64,000 nt of DNA, taken from the human T2T-CHM13v2.0 reference genome, Homo sapiens. Within the stretch, counting starts at the first letter, position 1. Each line of letters begins with the position of its first letter. Both the position numbers and the translations under genes were made by a program. The notes beneath the pieces were generated by a model. That model ran no database searches. It had not been told where the DNA came from and saw nothing but the letters and a program-made list of their open reading frames with translations. Below, in pieces: positions 1 through 9,699 of this stretch. The DNA is taken from NCBI RefSeq assembly GCF_009914755.1, contig NC_060932.1; one strand, 5' to 3'.

Positions 1-160
1 ATGCTGAGGGCCAGCAGCCCCCAGCTGACTCTGAGGCTTGCTGTGCTGTTGCAGAGATCTGTGTTGCAACATGAGGCCCTGGAGGCGGCCAGGCTGTCTT
101 GGTAGCCAGGGCAGGTGTAAGCGCATGATTTTATAATAATCATTTGCTGACCTGGGGGAG
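1..160 (-). pseudogene. Ly6 pseudogene last coding exon (LU domain C-half plus GPI signal), open to the window edge
   Basis: Acceptor ctctgttttccag|; translation TPPGQQMIIIKSCAYTCP...SCCNTDLCNSTASLRVSWGLLALS; no stop within the window. Confidence 0.95.
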
Positions 161-308
161 CTGGAAAACAGAGGGCAGAGGGCTGTTTTCTGAGACCTGA
201 GACCTGTGAAATTCACTCCTGCCCCTCTCGACAGACAAAAGCCTGCCAGACTCTTCCTCATTGTTCTCCCACCTTACAGGGATGCAGAGCAAGAGGCAAG
301 TACAGCCC

Positions 309-757
309 CAGGGCTCAGTGTGTGACAGGGACCAGGGCTCAGTGTGTGACAAGGACCAGGGCTCAGTGTGTGACCAGGACCAGGGCTCATTGTGTGACAA
401 GGGTCAGGGTTCAGTGTGTGACCAGGAACAGGGCTCAATGTGTGACCAGGACCAGGGCTCTGTGTGTGACAGGGACCAGGGCTCAGTGTGCGACAGGGAC
501 CAGGGCTCAGTGTGTGACCAGGACCAGGGCTCGGTGTGTGACAGGGACCAGGGCTCAGTATGTGACCAGGGTCAGGGCTTAGTATGTAACCAGGACCAGG
601 GCTCAGTGTATGACAGGGACCAGGACTCAGTGTGTGACCAGGGTCAAGGCTCAGTGTGTTACCAGGACCAGGGCTTGATGTATGAACAGGGCCCAGGGCT
701 CAGTGTGTGACCAAGGTCAAGGCTCAGTGTGTGACCAGAGTCAGGCTCAGTGTATGA
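309..757. repeat. 24-bp minisatellite (CAGGGCTCAGTGTGTGACAGGGAC), about 18-19 copies, in the last intron of the Ly6 pseudogene
   Basis: Direct tandem units; explains the periodic ORFs at 261-710, 322-582 and 140-400. Confidence 0.95.
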
Positions 758-849
758 GCAGATTCCAGGTCTTACCCACTGTCCCACTTTTCTCCTTCTT
801 CCTTTCTGAGCAGCCTGTACCCGCTGTTCAGTAATTACAAGGCTTTAAA

Positions 850-1036
850 TTAAGCATTTCGTGTGTGCCAGCACTGTGGGGCATTTCACGTGGAAAATCT
901 CGTCCGCTCTAAGGACCTCAGGATGGGGGCCACCTGCCATTCTCATTTTGGAGGGAGGAGATAGAGGGCCTGGCAGTTGCAGCATTTGCCTGAGGCATTG
1001 CTTGCAAACATCAGAGTTCTGATTAGAAGCCAGTCT
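850..1036 (-). mobile_element. MIR SINE remnant
   Basis: Degenerate match to the reverse-complement MIR core (ctcattttgg...gaggagatagagg...gcatttgcctgagg...gattagaagccagtct). Confidence 0.55.
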
Positions 1037-1133
1037 CCCCAGCCCCTTTGATCTCCCCACCACTCCCTGCCCTCCTGCTGAGGCCCAGGCACACTGCCCT
1101 GCCCACCTGCCCACCCAGAGGAGAGGCACTCAC

Positions 1134-1241
1134 TGGTCCAGGTGGTCAGGCAGTAACGAGTGGTGTTTTGGCAGGATGTGGGCTGGAAACAATTCCCTCA
1201 ATTCCCTGTCACAGAGCACTCATGGCATCTCAGTGCCTGGG
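1134..1241 (-). pseudogene. Ly6 pseudogene exon encoding the LU domain N-half (LRCHEC...YC), with in-frame TGA at 1200-1198
   Basis: Acceptor ctctcccag|, donor A|gtgagt, 108 nt, 5 Cys. The tandem duplication caattccct x2 (+ strand 1190-1207) creates the stop. Confidence 0.95.
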
Positions 1242-1907
1242 CTGGGAGAGGCACAGCTGGTGGTCGGAGACCAAGCCCTGGTCCCTGCCCAGCCTCCCAC
1301 ATCACAACCTCAGGCATAGACTCTGCTTTTGGGAAAGCACCAGCTTACCAAGCCCTGCACCCTGTCCTCCACCCGCCCACCCGTGTGGACACTGGGCCCC
1401 GGAAGTGCTCCGTGGTGCACACTTAGGCTCAGATAAAGAAGTTGTCTCTGCTTTCTCCAGAGACGACCAGAAATCACCTGGGTTAGGAACCAAAGCTCTG
1501 AGCAGCCAGAGATCCAGGCTACCAGGCAACCCCCAGCACCCCTGGTACCCCTCAAAGCCCACCAGGCCAATGGGGGCAACTCTCTGCAGGACTGAGCAAA
1601 AGCAACAGCAGATCCAACGGTGCCTCTGGGTGAGTCAGGAAGACAAAGTGGGCAAGCAGCCCAGGGACTGGGAATGGGGTGGAGGGCCCAGGCTGTGGCC
1701 CTGCGCTGGCTCAGGCTCAGGCTCAGGCTGTACCTCCTGTGGGGCCTCTGGCAAGTCCTGCCCTCTGTGCCCCAGCTTCCCCTCTGAGCAGCACGGGTGC
1801 CTGACTGCAGAGGCTGGTCCAGCTAGGCCAACCCAGGCTGTCAGGGTGGCCGCCAGCATCCCCAGGGACCCAGGGGGGACCCAGAGCAAGAGTGCGCATC
1901 GGCTCAC

Positions 1908-1958
1908 CTGAACACACCAGCCTCAGAGACAGCAGCCAAGACAGGTGGATCCTCGTGG
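1908..1958 (-). pseudogene. Ly6 pseudogene signal-peptide exon (start codon mutated to ACG at 1956-1954)
   Basis: ccctagCC ACG AGG ATC CAC CTG TCT TGG CTG CTG TCT CTG AGG CTG GTG TGT TCA G|gtgagc: 16 codons plus 1 nt, leucine-rich, with a consensus donor. Confidence 0.85.
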
Positions 1959-2304
1959 CTAGGGCGGGGCAGATAGGCAGGTGGTGGCCCCATCCAGAGC
2001 TCGGGCTGTCTGGCCTGGATCAGGCCATCTGGTCTTTATGGGGCCTTCTCCAGCTGTGGCTGGGGTGGGGCAGGTGTGTCCCTCACTGTCTCCTGCCTCC
2101 ATCCCAACATGTGACATCACCCGAGGTGTGGCTGGAGCAGTAAATACTTCCACGAGCGCACCCCGCTTCTAAGCTCCCCGGCTGCCTGGGCCTGGTGCCC
2201 TGGGCCCTAGAGAGCCACTCACTGCCCCCTTCACCAGCCCCCTGCACACACGCCTCCCCACCACGGCACCAGGGGCCGGCAGTGCTGCTGTCTGCTTCTC
2301 CCTA

Positions 2305-2673
2305 GGGTGCATCACCCTCAGCTCAGCCACCATCGCAAAGGCCACAGGCCAGGTGCCAGAATGGCAGCTGTGTGCGTCTCACAGCTCTGGAGCTGGGAAG
2401 TCCAAGATCGAGGTAGCAGCAGGGCTGGTCCCTCCTGGGGCCTCTGTCCTTGGCACGGGGAAGGCATTTTCTCCCTGCATCCTCACACGGTCACCCCTGT
2501 GTGTGTCTGTGTCCTCATCTCCTCTTCTAATAAAGACACCAGTCAGGTTAGGTTAAGGCCCCTGTATAAACCACCTCTCTAAAAGCCCTGCCCCCAGACA
2601 CAGTCTCACTCGGAGGTATTGGGGGTTGGAACTTCAACATAGGAATTAAGAGGAACACAATTCTGCCCCTAAC
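2305..2673 (-). mobile_element. MaLR LTR (MLT1A/B-like)
   Basis: ctcacagctctggagctgggaagtccaagatcgagg...acttcaacatagg...cacaattctgcccctaaca, typical of an antisense MLT1. Confidence 0.8.
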
Positions 2674-2984
2674 ACAGGGAGAGGGAGAAATGGGTCATTT
2701 TCCCGTGCTCAGGCCTGGTCATGACAGACGCAATCGCTGAGAGCCCCATGGGGGCAGGTATCCTTGTTCCTAAGATGGGACCGAAACTCACACCTGGAAT
2801 CCATTCAGTCGGGAGACTGCTGGTCACATCTGGGCCCACAGGGCTCTGCTTCCATTAAACAAATAAATATTCACAATTACAAAATGCCAGAAACTTGTCC
2901 TCTCTTCCTGACTACAAGGATTCCAGGTGTGAGCTTTAGCCCCATTTTAAGGACAAGGAAACTGAAGGCCCAAGGTGGGAAGTG

Positions 2985-3116
2985 ACTGGCAGGTGGGGGC
3001 TGGCCAGGTAAGGGCTGGCCATGCGAGGGCTGGCAGGTGGGGGCTGGCTAGGTAAGGGCTGCCAGGTGAGGGCTGCAAGGAGAGGGCTACCAGGTGGGGG
3101 CTGCCAGGTGGGGCTG
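2985..3116. repeat. Degenerate ~15-bp tandem repeat (GGGCTGGCAGGTGG/GGGCTGCCAGGTGA)
   Basis: About 8 imperfect units seen directly. Confidence 0.75.
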
Positions 3117-3819
3117 CCCTCTGCAGAGTGGGACTGAGTCTTCCGGCCAGCCTGGGGGTCTTCCTGACAGACGTGGAATGGGCTCCCCCTGGTGCTATGG
3201 GCTCGTGCATGGCTCTCCCTTTGCAGGGGAACAGCTGCCATCCTCCTGGGGGACCCCTATGATGGGGACCCCACAGCCCTGTGATGCACATCTGTGGCCT
3301 CACCCCTCCCCAGCCTGCCATGGGCTGACACATTGGCCAGGATTCCCAGGAACAACCCTGGAGAATTCCACAAGATATGGCAGCAACCTGCCCAGATGTT
3401 GGCCTAAGGCCAGGCACAGTGGGTCCCTCCAAGTCCCAGGCTTTGTTCTTCTGTGCCCCAGCTACCCACACGGGACCAAGGGACAGGAGGGGCAGCTGTG
3501 CTCTGGGCAGGCCTTCCACACTCATCATCCTGAATCCTCTCAGCCACCTCAGGACAAGGACTGATCATGATCCCCGCTTCCCAGACAGGGCAACTGAGGC
3601 TCCCTGGCCACCCTGTCTGCACGGTGTTCACCTCTCTCTGGGTGAGCAGAAAATGGAGCAGGAGTCAGACAGGGAATAGCACATCCGTAATAAGGAAGTC
3701 GGCAACACCCTCACTAGTCATTGACAGCCAGGCCCCAGGAAAGTTTGTTTGTTGTCTTTTTTGTTACTAAGGCTGGTCTCTCCAGGCGAGCTAAACAGTG
3801 GGTCAGAACTTTATTAGGT

Positions 3820-4116
3820 GTGTTACGCAGGAAGACGGCCCCCACAGATGTTCATGCTCCCATCCCAGGAACCTGCAGATATGTTAGCTCACACAGCAGA
3901 GGGGACCATGCAGATGGGATTAAGTTGAAGATCTAGAGAAGGGGAGAGGGGAATGGGTTGCCCAGGTGGGTCTTCAATGTAATTACAGGGTTTTACAAGA
4001 GGGAGGCAGAAGCGTCAGAGGAAGCAAAGATGGTGAGGTAGGGACAGAGCAGAGACTGGAGTGACTCACTTTGAAGATGGGAAAAGAGGCCACAAGCCAC
4101 GGAAGCTTCCAGAAGC
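3820..4116 (+). mobile_element. MaLR LTR 5' part (MLT1D-like)
   Basis: ggcccccacagatgttcatg...gcagatgggattaagttgaagatct...tttgaagatgg...gccacaagcca...ccagaagctg. Confidence 0.75.
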
Positions 4117-4950
4117 TGCTATAACAGACTACCACAGAATGGGTAATTTATAATGAACAGAAATTTATCTGGCTCATGGTCCTGGAGGATGGGAAGTCCA
4201 TCGATCAAGGGTCCAGCTTCTGGCAAGAGCCTTACTGATGCATCAGCACATGACTGAAGGGCAAAGAGAGGGTGAGAGAGAGGGAAGGGGGACGAACTCA
4301 TCCTTTTATCAGGAACCCACTCCCAGGATAACTAACCCTTACTTCATTTGTGTTGCTATAAGGAATACCTGGGGGAGGCTGTGCTTCTATCTGGCGCCCA
4401 AACATCCCAAAGAGGGGACAAAAGAAATACTTAAGGCTGAGTAATTTATAAAGAAAAGGTTTATTTGGCTCATGGTTCTGGAGGCTGTACAAGAAGTGTG
4501 GTGCCAATGTCTGCATCTGGTGAGAGCTTCAGGCTGCCTCCACTCATGGTGGAAGGGAGACAGGGGCCACCATGTGCAGAAATCCCACGGTGAGAGAGAA
4601 AGTGAGGAAGAGAGAGGAGAGATGCCGGGATCTTTTTAACAACCAGCTGTTGGGGGAATTTTCACAGGAGCCAACAGAGCAACAACTCATTCATTGCTTC
4701 AAGAACAGCATCAAGTCATTCATGAGGCATTCGCTCCCATGACCCAACACCTTCCATCAGATCCCCACCCCCAACACTGGAGATCAAATATTAACATGAG
4801 GGTTGGAGGGTCAAATATCCAAACTATAGCACCATGCTTGTGATAATGGCATTAATCCATTCATGAGGGCAGAGCCCTCGTGACCCAATTACCTCTTAAA
4901 GATCCCACCTCTCACCACTTTGCACTGGGGCTTAAGTTTCTAACACATGA
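4117..4950 (-). mobile_element. MST LTR (MSTC/D-like) with a nested MSTB-like LTR at about 4340-4831
   Basis: Two copies of the gtaatttata...ggctcatggt.ctggagg motif; the nested LTR ends in tccaaactatagca. Confidence 0.75.
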
Positions 4951-5905
4951 AGCCACCACAGACAGTCCCCACCAGAATAATTGCCCGGTGGAGCCATAAG
5001 AGTGGACTGCCACCTCTGGGATGCCAGAACTGTGGAGCCACCAGTGTGCAGTGCAAGCCTGGGGTAGCTACAGGCATGAGACTCCAACCCAAAGGAGCTG
5101 CAAAGCCATGGGGGCCAGGCCGCCCAAGGCTGCCCAATCCCCAGTGCAGTGTGCCCAGGAGGTGGTGTATGGAGTGAAAGATCATTCTAGAGTCTTAAGA
5201 CTTAACTTCTGTCGTGCTGGATTTTAAACTTGCTTGGGTGCTATTACTCCTTTCTTCTTATCTATTTCTCCCTTTTGGAATGGGAATGTCTATTTTATGC
5301 CATCCCGTTGTATTTTGGAAGCACTTAACTTGTTTTGATTTCACAGGCCCACAGCTAGAAAGGAACTTGCCTCAGCATAAATCATGCCTTGAGTCTCATT
5401 TATATCAAGTTAAATGAGACTTTGACTTTGAGTTGATGCTGAAGTAAGTTGAGACTTTGGAGACTGTTGGGATAGAATCAATGTATTTGACATTGAGGGA
5501 AGAACATGAAATGGGGGGTCAGGGCAGAGTGCTATGGTGTGAATGTGTCCCTCAAAGTTCATGTGTTGGAAACTTAATCCCCAATGCAGCGTGTTAGGCA
5601 GTGGGGTCTAATTGGAGGTGTTCAGGTCATGAGATTTCTACCCTCAATGGACTAATGTCATTATCATGAGAGTGGGTTTGTTATAAAAGCAAGTTCTGTC
5701 CTCTCCTGCTCCCTCCTGCTTTCTTGCCCTTCCACCTTCACCATAGGGCTGATGTACAAAGGGAAGACCCTCACCAGTGCTGACACCTTGATATTGGACT
5801 TCCCAGTTCTAGAACTTTGAGAAATACATTTCCTTCTTTCTTTTTCTTGTTACAAATTTCCCAGTCTTTAGTATTCTGTTTTAGCAACACAAAATGAACA
5901 ACAAG
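4951..5905 (+). mobile_element. MaLR internal 3' end plus LTR (MST/MLT1A-like; LTR from about 5530)
   Basis: Internal motifs (ctatttctcccttttggaatgggaatgtc), G-rich polypurine tract, then tgctatggtgtgaatgtgtcc...gtattctgttttagcaacacaaaatg. Confidence 0.8.
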
Positions 5906-6600
5906 GATGGCGGGACTGTCGGTGGGGATGGCGATAATAGTAATGGTGGTGATGGTAACGGTGATAATGATGGTGATGGTGGTGGTGGTGGTGGTGATAG
6001 TGATGGTAGTGATGGTGTTGATGATGGTGGTGATGGTGGTGGTGGTGGTAGTTATGATGGTGGTGGTGGTGGCTATGATGACAGTGATATTGTGGTGGTG
6101 GTGATAGTGGTGGTAGTGATGGTGTTGATGGTGATGGTGTTCTTGGTGGTGGTGGTGGTTATGATGATGGTGATATTGTGGTGGTGGTGATAGTGGTGGT
6201 GGTGATGGTGTTGATGGTGTTCTTGGTGGTGGTGGTGGTTATGATGGGGGTGATGGTGGTGGTGGTGGTGGTGGTGGTGGTGATGATGGTGGTGGTGGTG
6301 GCTATGATGACGGTGATATTGTGGTGGTGATAGTGGTGGTAGTGATGGTGTTGATGGTGTTCTTGGTGGTGGTGGTGGTTATGATGAGGGTGATGGTGGA
6401 GGTGGTGGTGGTGGTGGCGGTGGTGGCTATGATGATGGTGATATTGTGATGGTGGTGATAGTGGTGGTGGTGATGGTGTTGATGGTGTTCTTGGTGGTGG
6501 TGGTTATGATGAGGGAGATGGTGGTGGTGGTGGTGATGATGGTGGTGGTGATGGAAGGGGTAATGATGGTGCTGGTGATGGTGTTATTGGTGGGGATAAG
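5906..6600. repeat. (GGT/GAT)n low-complexity tract with higher-order duplications
   Basis: Recurring blocks such as gatggtgttcttggtggtggtggtggttatgatg and ggctatgatg..gtgatattgtg. Confidence 0.95.
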
Positions 6601-7249
6601 AGTGGTGGCCGTGGTTTTGCTAGCAGTATTGGTGGCAAAGGAAGTGGAGGAGAGTGTGTTGCAGTTTTTCCTGCCATGAGTCAGTAACAAGTTGTGATTA
6701 AAGGCCCAACCTTCAGAATCCTACACACTTGGGCTTGACTCTCAGCTCCAGCACTTATTCACTGCATGACCGCGGCCACATGAGTCATCTGTTTGCCTCA
6801 CTCACCTCACCAGTGGAGTGGGAATCACAGGACTCACATGAGGGGAATGCGGGGTTTGATAACCACCACAATGTGCTGAGCCCGGGAATGACATGAATGA
6901 CTTACCCAGAATCACGAGTCTCCCAACCCCATCCCATACTTCCATCCCTGCTGGCTGTTTGATGTCTCCAGACTTTCACTATTTCTGTCCTGTTCTAGCT
7001 CCGTGACCTGTCATAACCCACCTGTTTGCCGCCTTTATACTCTTTCTTTTGTCCTTCTGCCTCAACTCAGGACACTCTTCCCAGCAACCTGCACCCCTTT
7101 TCCTCTTGTATGTCTTTCCCTGGAGACACCACTGTAGTTTGCAGAGCATCGCCTGCTCTTTGGCTGTGACTCCACGAAGTGGGTAGTGTCAGACAGGTTC
7201 CATCCGTAATGTTCACCTTTCCCCGACTCTTTTTGAAGACTACTTATGC

Positions 7250-7660
7250 CCCCTGTATGTCCCAAAGACTTGGCCGCTTAGCTGCTCTCTTTGCCCTGAG
7301 GCTTTCCTTACCAAAACCTGCATCCCCACATCATGTATTAAGAAGAACACCCAAATTAGCCAAACATCCCTGCACCCCTTTGATTCCTTATCTCCTTCTC
7401 TCTACATCCAGTTGGTCTCTCAAGTTCTGCCCACCCAGAATCACCCCTGTATGCTCTGTTCCTGCTGCCTCATCTCAATGCAGGCTTTGCCCCAGCCAGT
7501 GATGCCAGCTACTTCCATTGCACTGCACCACCATTTCCCCTGCTGCAGACGCTGACCCTCCAAGCCACACTCGCTCATGCCACTCTTGGCTCAAAGCCTT
7601 CCCTGGTGCTCCATTTCCCACTAAAGAAGGTCAAACTCTAGTCACACTGCATGCTTTGAG
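7250..7660 (+). mobile_element. Probable L2 LINE remnant
   Basis: gccactcttggctcaaagccttccctggtgctccatt...aaggtcaaactc resembles the L2 3' region. Confidence 0.45.
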
Positions 7661-7699
7661 GTCATCATCCCTTTGCTCTGTGACTAGAGATGAAAACCC

Positions 7700-7930
7700 A
7701 AATCCAGAGTACTGGTTCTAATCCCAGCTCTGCCACTTGCTAGCTGTGTGACCTTGGGAAAGCTATTTAACTTCCCTGTGCCTCAACGTCCTTATCTGTA
7801 ATTTGGGCCTCATAATAGCACCTACCTCATAAGGTATGGGGGAGGATCAGGCAGGTTTAATACACACAAATCCTTTAAAGTTGTACCTGGTGCCTGGCAC
7901 GCACTAGGTAAGTGTTTACCATTTTCATCA
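7700..7930 (+). mobile_element. MIR SINE
   Basis: aatcccagctctgccacttgctagctgtgtgaccttgggaaagctatttaac...cacctacctcataagg...gtgcctggcac. Confidence 0.9.
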
Positions 7931-8859
7931 TCAGAGCTCAAGCTCTCTGTCTGGCTCAGGTTTATTTTGAGGATGTCAAGGGCCACATTCTCACTGACCC
8001 CCTTGGTGGTGGGAAGGTGAGGGTGGGTTGTCTTCCTGGACCTCCCCTTTTCCAGGCTGGGCCAGCAGCTGCTCCATGTTCCCAGCACTTGGCTCAGATC
8101 ATGGTGTTGCAGCATCATGATCTGGGCAGGTTTCTGCCTCCTCCCCTGGACCACAGGCTCTGGCCCAGCCCATCCAAGGCTCTCAGGCCCCACACATGCA
8201 CCCTACGGGTGAGTGCTTTCAGCCTGATGCACTGGAGTCTTCCAACAGCATGGCCAAGCAGCGTCAGAGTTTTCGTGGTGGTGATGGCAATGCACAGCCT
8301 TGGCCCCTGAGTCACCCCAGCGGCTGGTGAGTCACAGCCTCTCCACAGGGCCAGCTGGGCCTTGAGCTCAGTAGCCCTGGCTGCACCCTACCTTATTTCT
8401 CAGGCTCCCAGCCATGCACCTGGCTGTGAGCACACACTCAGGGGACTCTGGACCCTGGCGATGCCATAGAAGAGTCAGGCCAGGCAGTGGGGCCGTTGAC
8501 ACGGGCAGTAGGATCCGTCCCTTTCCCTGTGGCTGAGGGGGTGGCTGGGGGTGGAGAGTGAGAGGCAGCCATGAGACGACTGCCCAAGGGCCCTGAAGCC
8601 GCGGCAGCACACCCCATGCCTCAGCTTCTCCTGCACAGTTAGGAAGCTCTTCTCTGTCTCTCTCCTGGGAGCCACCATCCCCCAGGTTCCCCTCTACTCC
8701 CAGTCGCCCATCCAGACACCCCTGAGCTTCCTAGAGCTCTAACCATCTTCTCCACAGTCCGGTCCCATTGCCTAGAAGTGGAAGGGCATGCAGAGGCTGA
8801 AAAGCAGAATGATGGGGCACCAGCCAGTGCTCCAGCCCCGGCACAGGCACTCGCTGTCT

Positions 8860-9003
8860 ATGTGCTTTCTCTGCCTCTGTTTCCTCATCTGCAAAATGAC
8901 AGCGTCTCTATTTTGATGCTCGTTGTGAGGAACAACGAGATATTTATAAACCCCTTAGAACAAAGCCTGGCTCAGTCAGTGCTAGAGACGTGTTAATTAC
9001 TAT
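8860..9003 (+). mobile_element. MIR 3' fragment
   Basis: ctctgtttcctcatctgcaaaatg...gttgtgagga...cttagaaca. Confidence 0.75.
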
Positions 9004-9699
9004 GATATGATTGTACCCTAAGTCCTCCTATAGACGTTCCTCTCTTTGCCTTCCCTGCCTGCCTGCTCTGTCTCTTCTCTCCTCACCTCTCCTTCCCTCG
9101 CTTCTCACTCTCCCTGCATCCCCTGCTAAGCCCCTCCCCTTCCTGTCACCCCCAGTCCCTTGTCGCTTCCCTCCGCCATCTTGGCCTCCAACTCTCCCTC
9201 CCAAGATGTGTCCCAGGATCATTCCCTCCAGGGTGTTGCCCAACCACCTTCAACCAAAGCAGCTATAATTTTCTCCTGCTCCAAGCCGCATGCCCTCGGC
9301 ACCTCGCCATGGACCCGACTGTCAGCCAAGACCCTCTGGTGCCACAGCCCCACAGGCTACAGGGGATGTACCGGCCCTGAATCCACCTCATGACCCACCT
9401 GTCCCCTCCCCACCCCTGCTGCCTCTGCCCAGGCTCAGGCCCCTCCATCTCTGTTCGGACCAGGTCCCAGTCTACCCTGGTCTCCTTGCCTACCCCACCC
9501 ACTCCCCTCCCATCCCAGGCTGCAGGGCACCTCTGGCCACTTGGCTGCCATGCTCAGCTGCAAAGGCCCTTCCCATCAGTCATGAGCACCAGATGCCGTT
9601 GTCTTCAGTCACACATCCGGGGCCCTCGAGGACCCGGCTTCTCTCTGTCTTTATGCATGTTTTGAATGCGTTGTTGTTGCTGCCCCAGTTTGTGTTTTT

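Larger units (their letters stand above)
1..1958 (-). pseudogene. Intron-containing Ly6/uPAR-family GPI-anchored protein pseudogene, putative ortholog of mouse Ly6m/intectin; 3' end runs off the window
   Basis: Spliced minus-strand translation of exons 1956-1908, 1241-1134 and 160-1: (T/M)RIHLSWLLSLRLVCS|AQALRCHECSVTGN*GNCFQPTSCQNTTRYCLTTWT|TPPGQQMIIIKSCAYTCPGYQDSLAASRASCCNTDLCNSTASLRVSWGLLALS... It has 10 Cys, the CCxxxxCN motif, GT-AG introns and phase-1 junctions, as in Ly6 genes. Confidence 0.95.

Noticed and set aside
1340-1420. Alternative donor (cttg|gtaagc) as the Ly6 signal exon
   Set aside because: The upstream frame is not hydrophobic and lacks a start; exon 1908-1958 fits far better.
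1048-1911. 287-aa plus-strand ORF and hydrophobic minus-strand ORF 1635-1907
   Set aside because: No ATG start and no recognisable domain. They lie antisense to, or within the intron of, the Ly6 pseudogene; the second begins at the donor GTG.
5894-6690. Val/Met-rich or Gly/Asp-rich ORFs
   Set aside because: Translations of the (GGT/GAT)n simple repeat.
8092-8118. Minus-strand *CCNTMI* resembling the GML C-terminal CCCNSMVC motif
   Set aside because: Flanking residues and splice context do not fit a Ly6 exon; the sequence is explained by the local palindrome.
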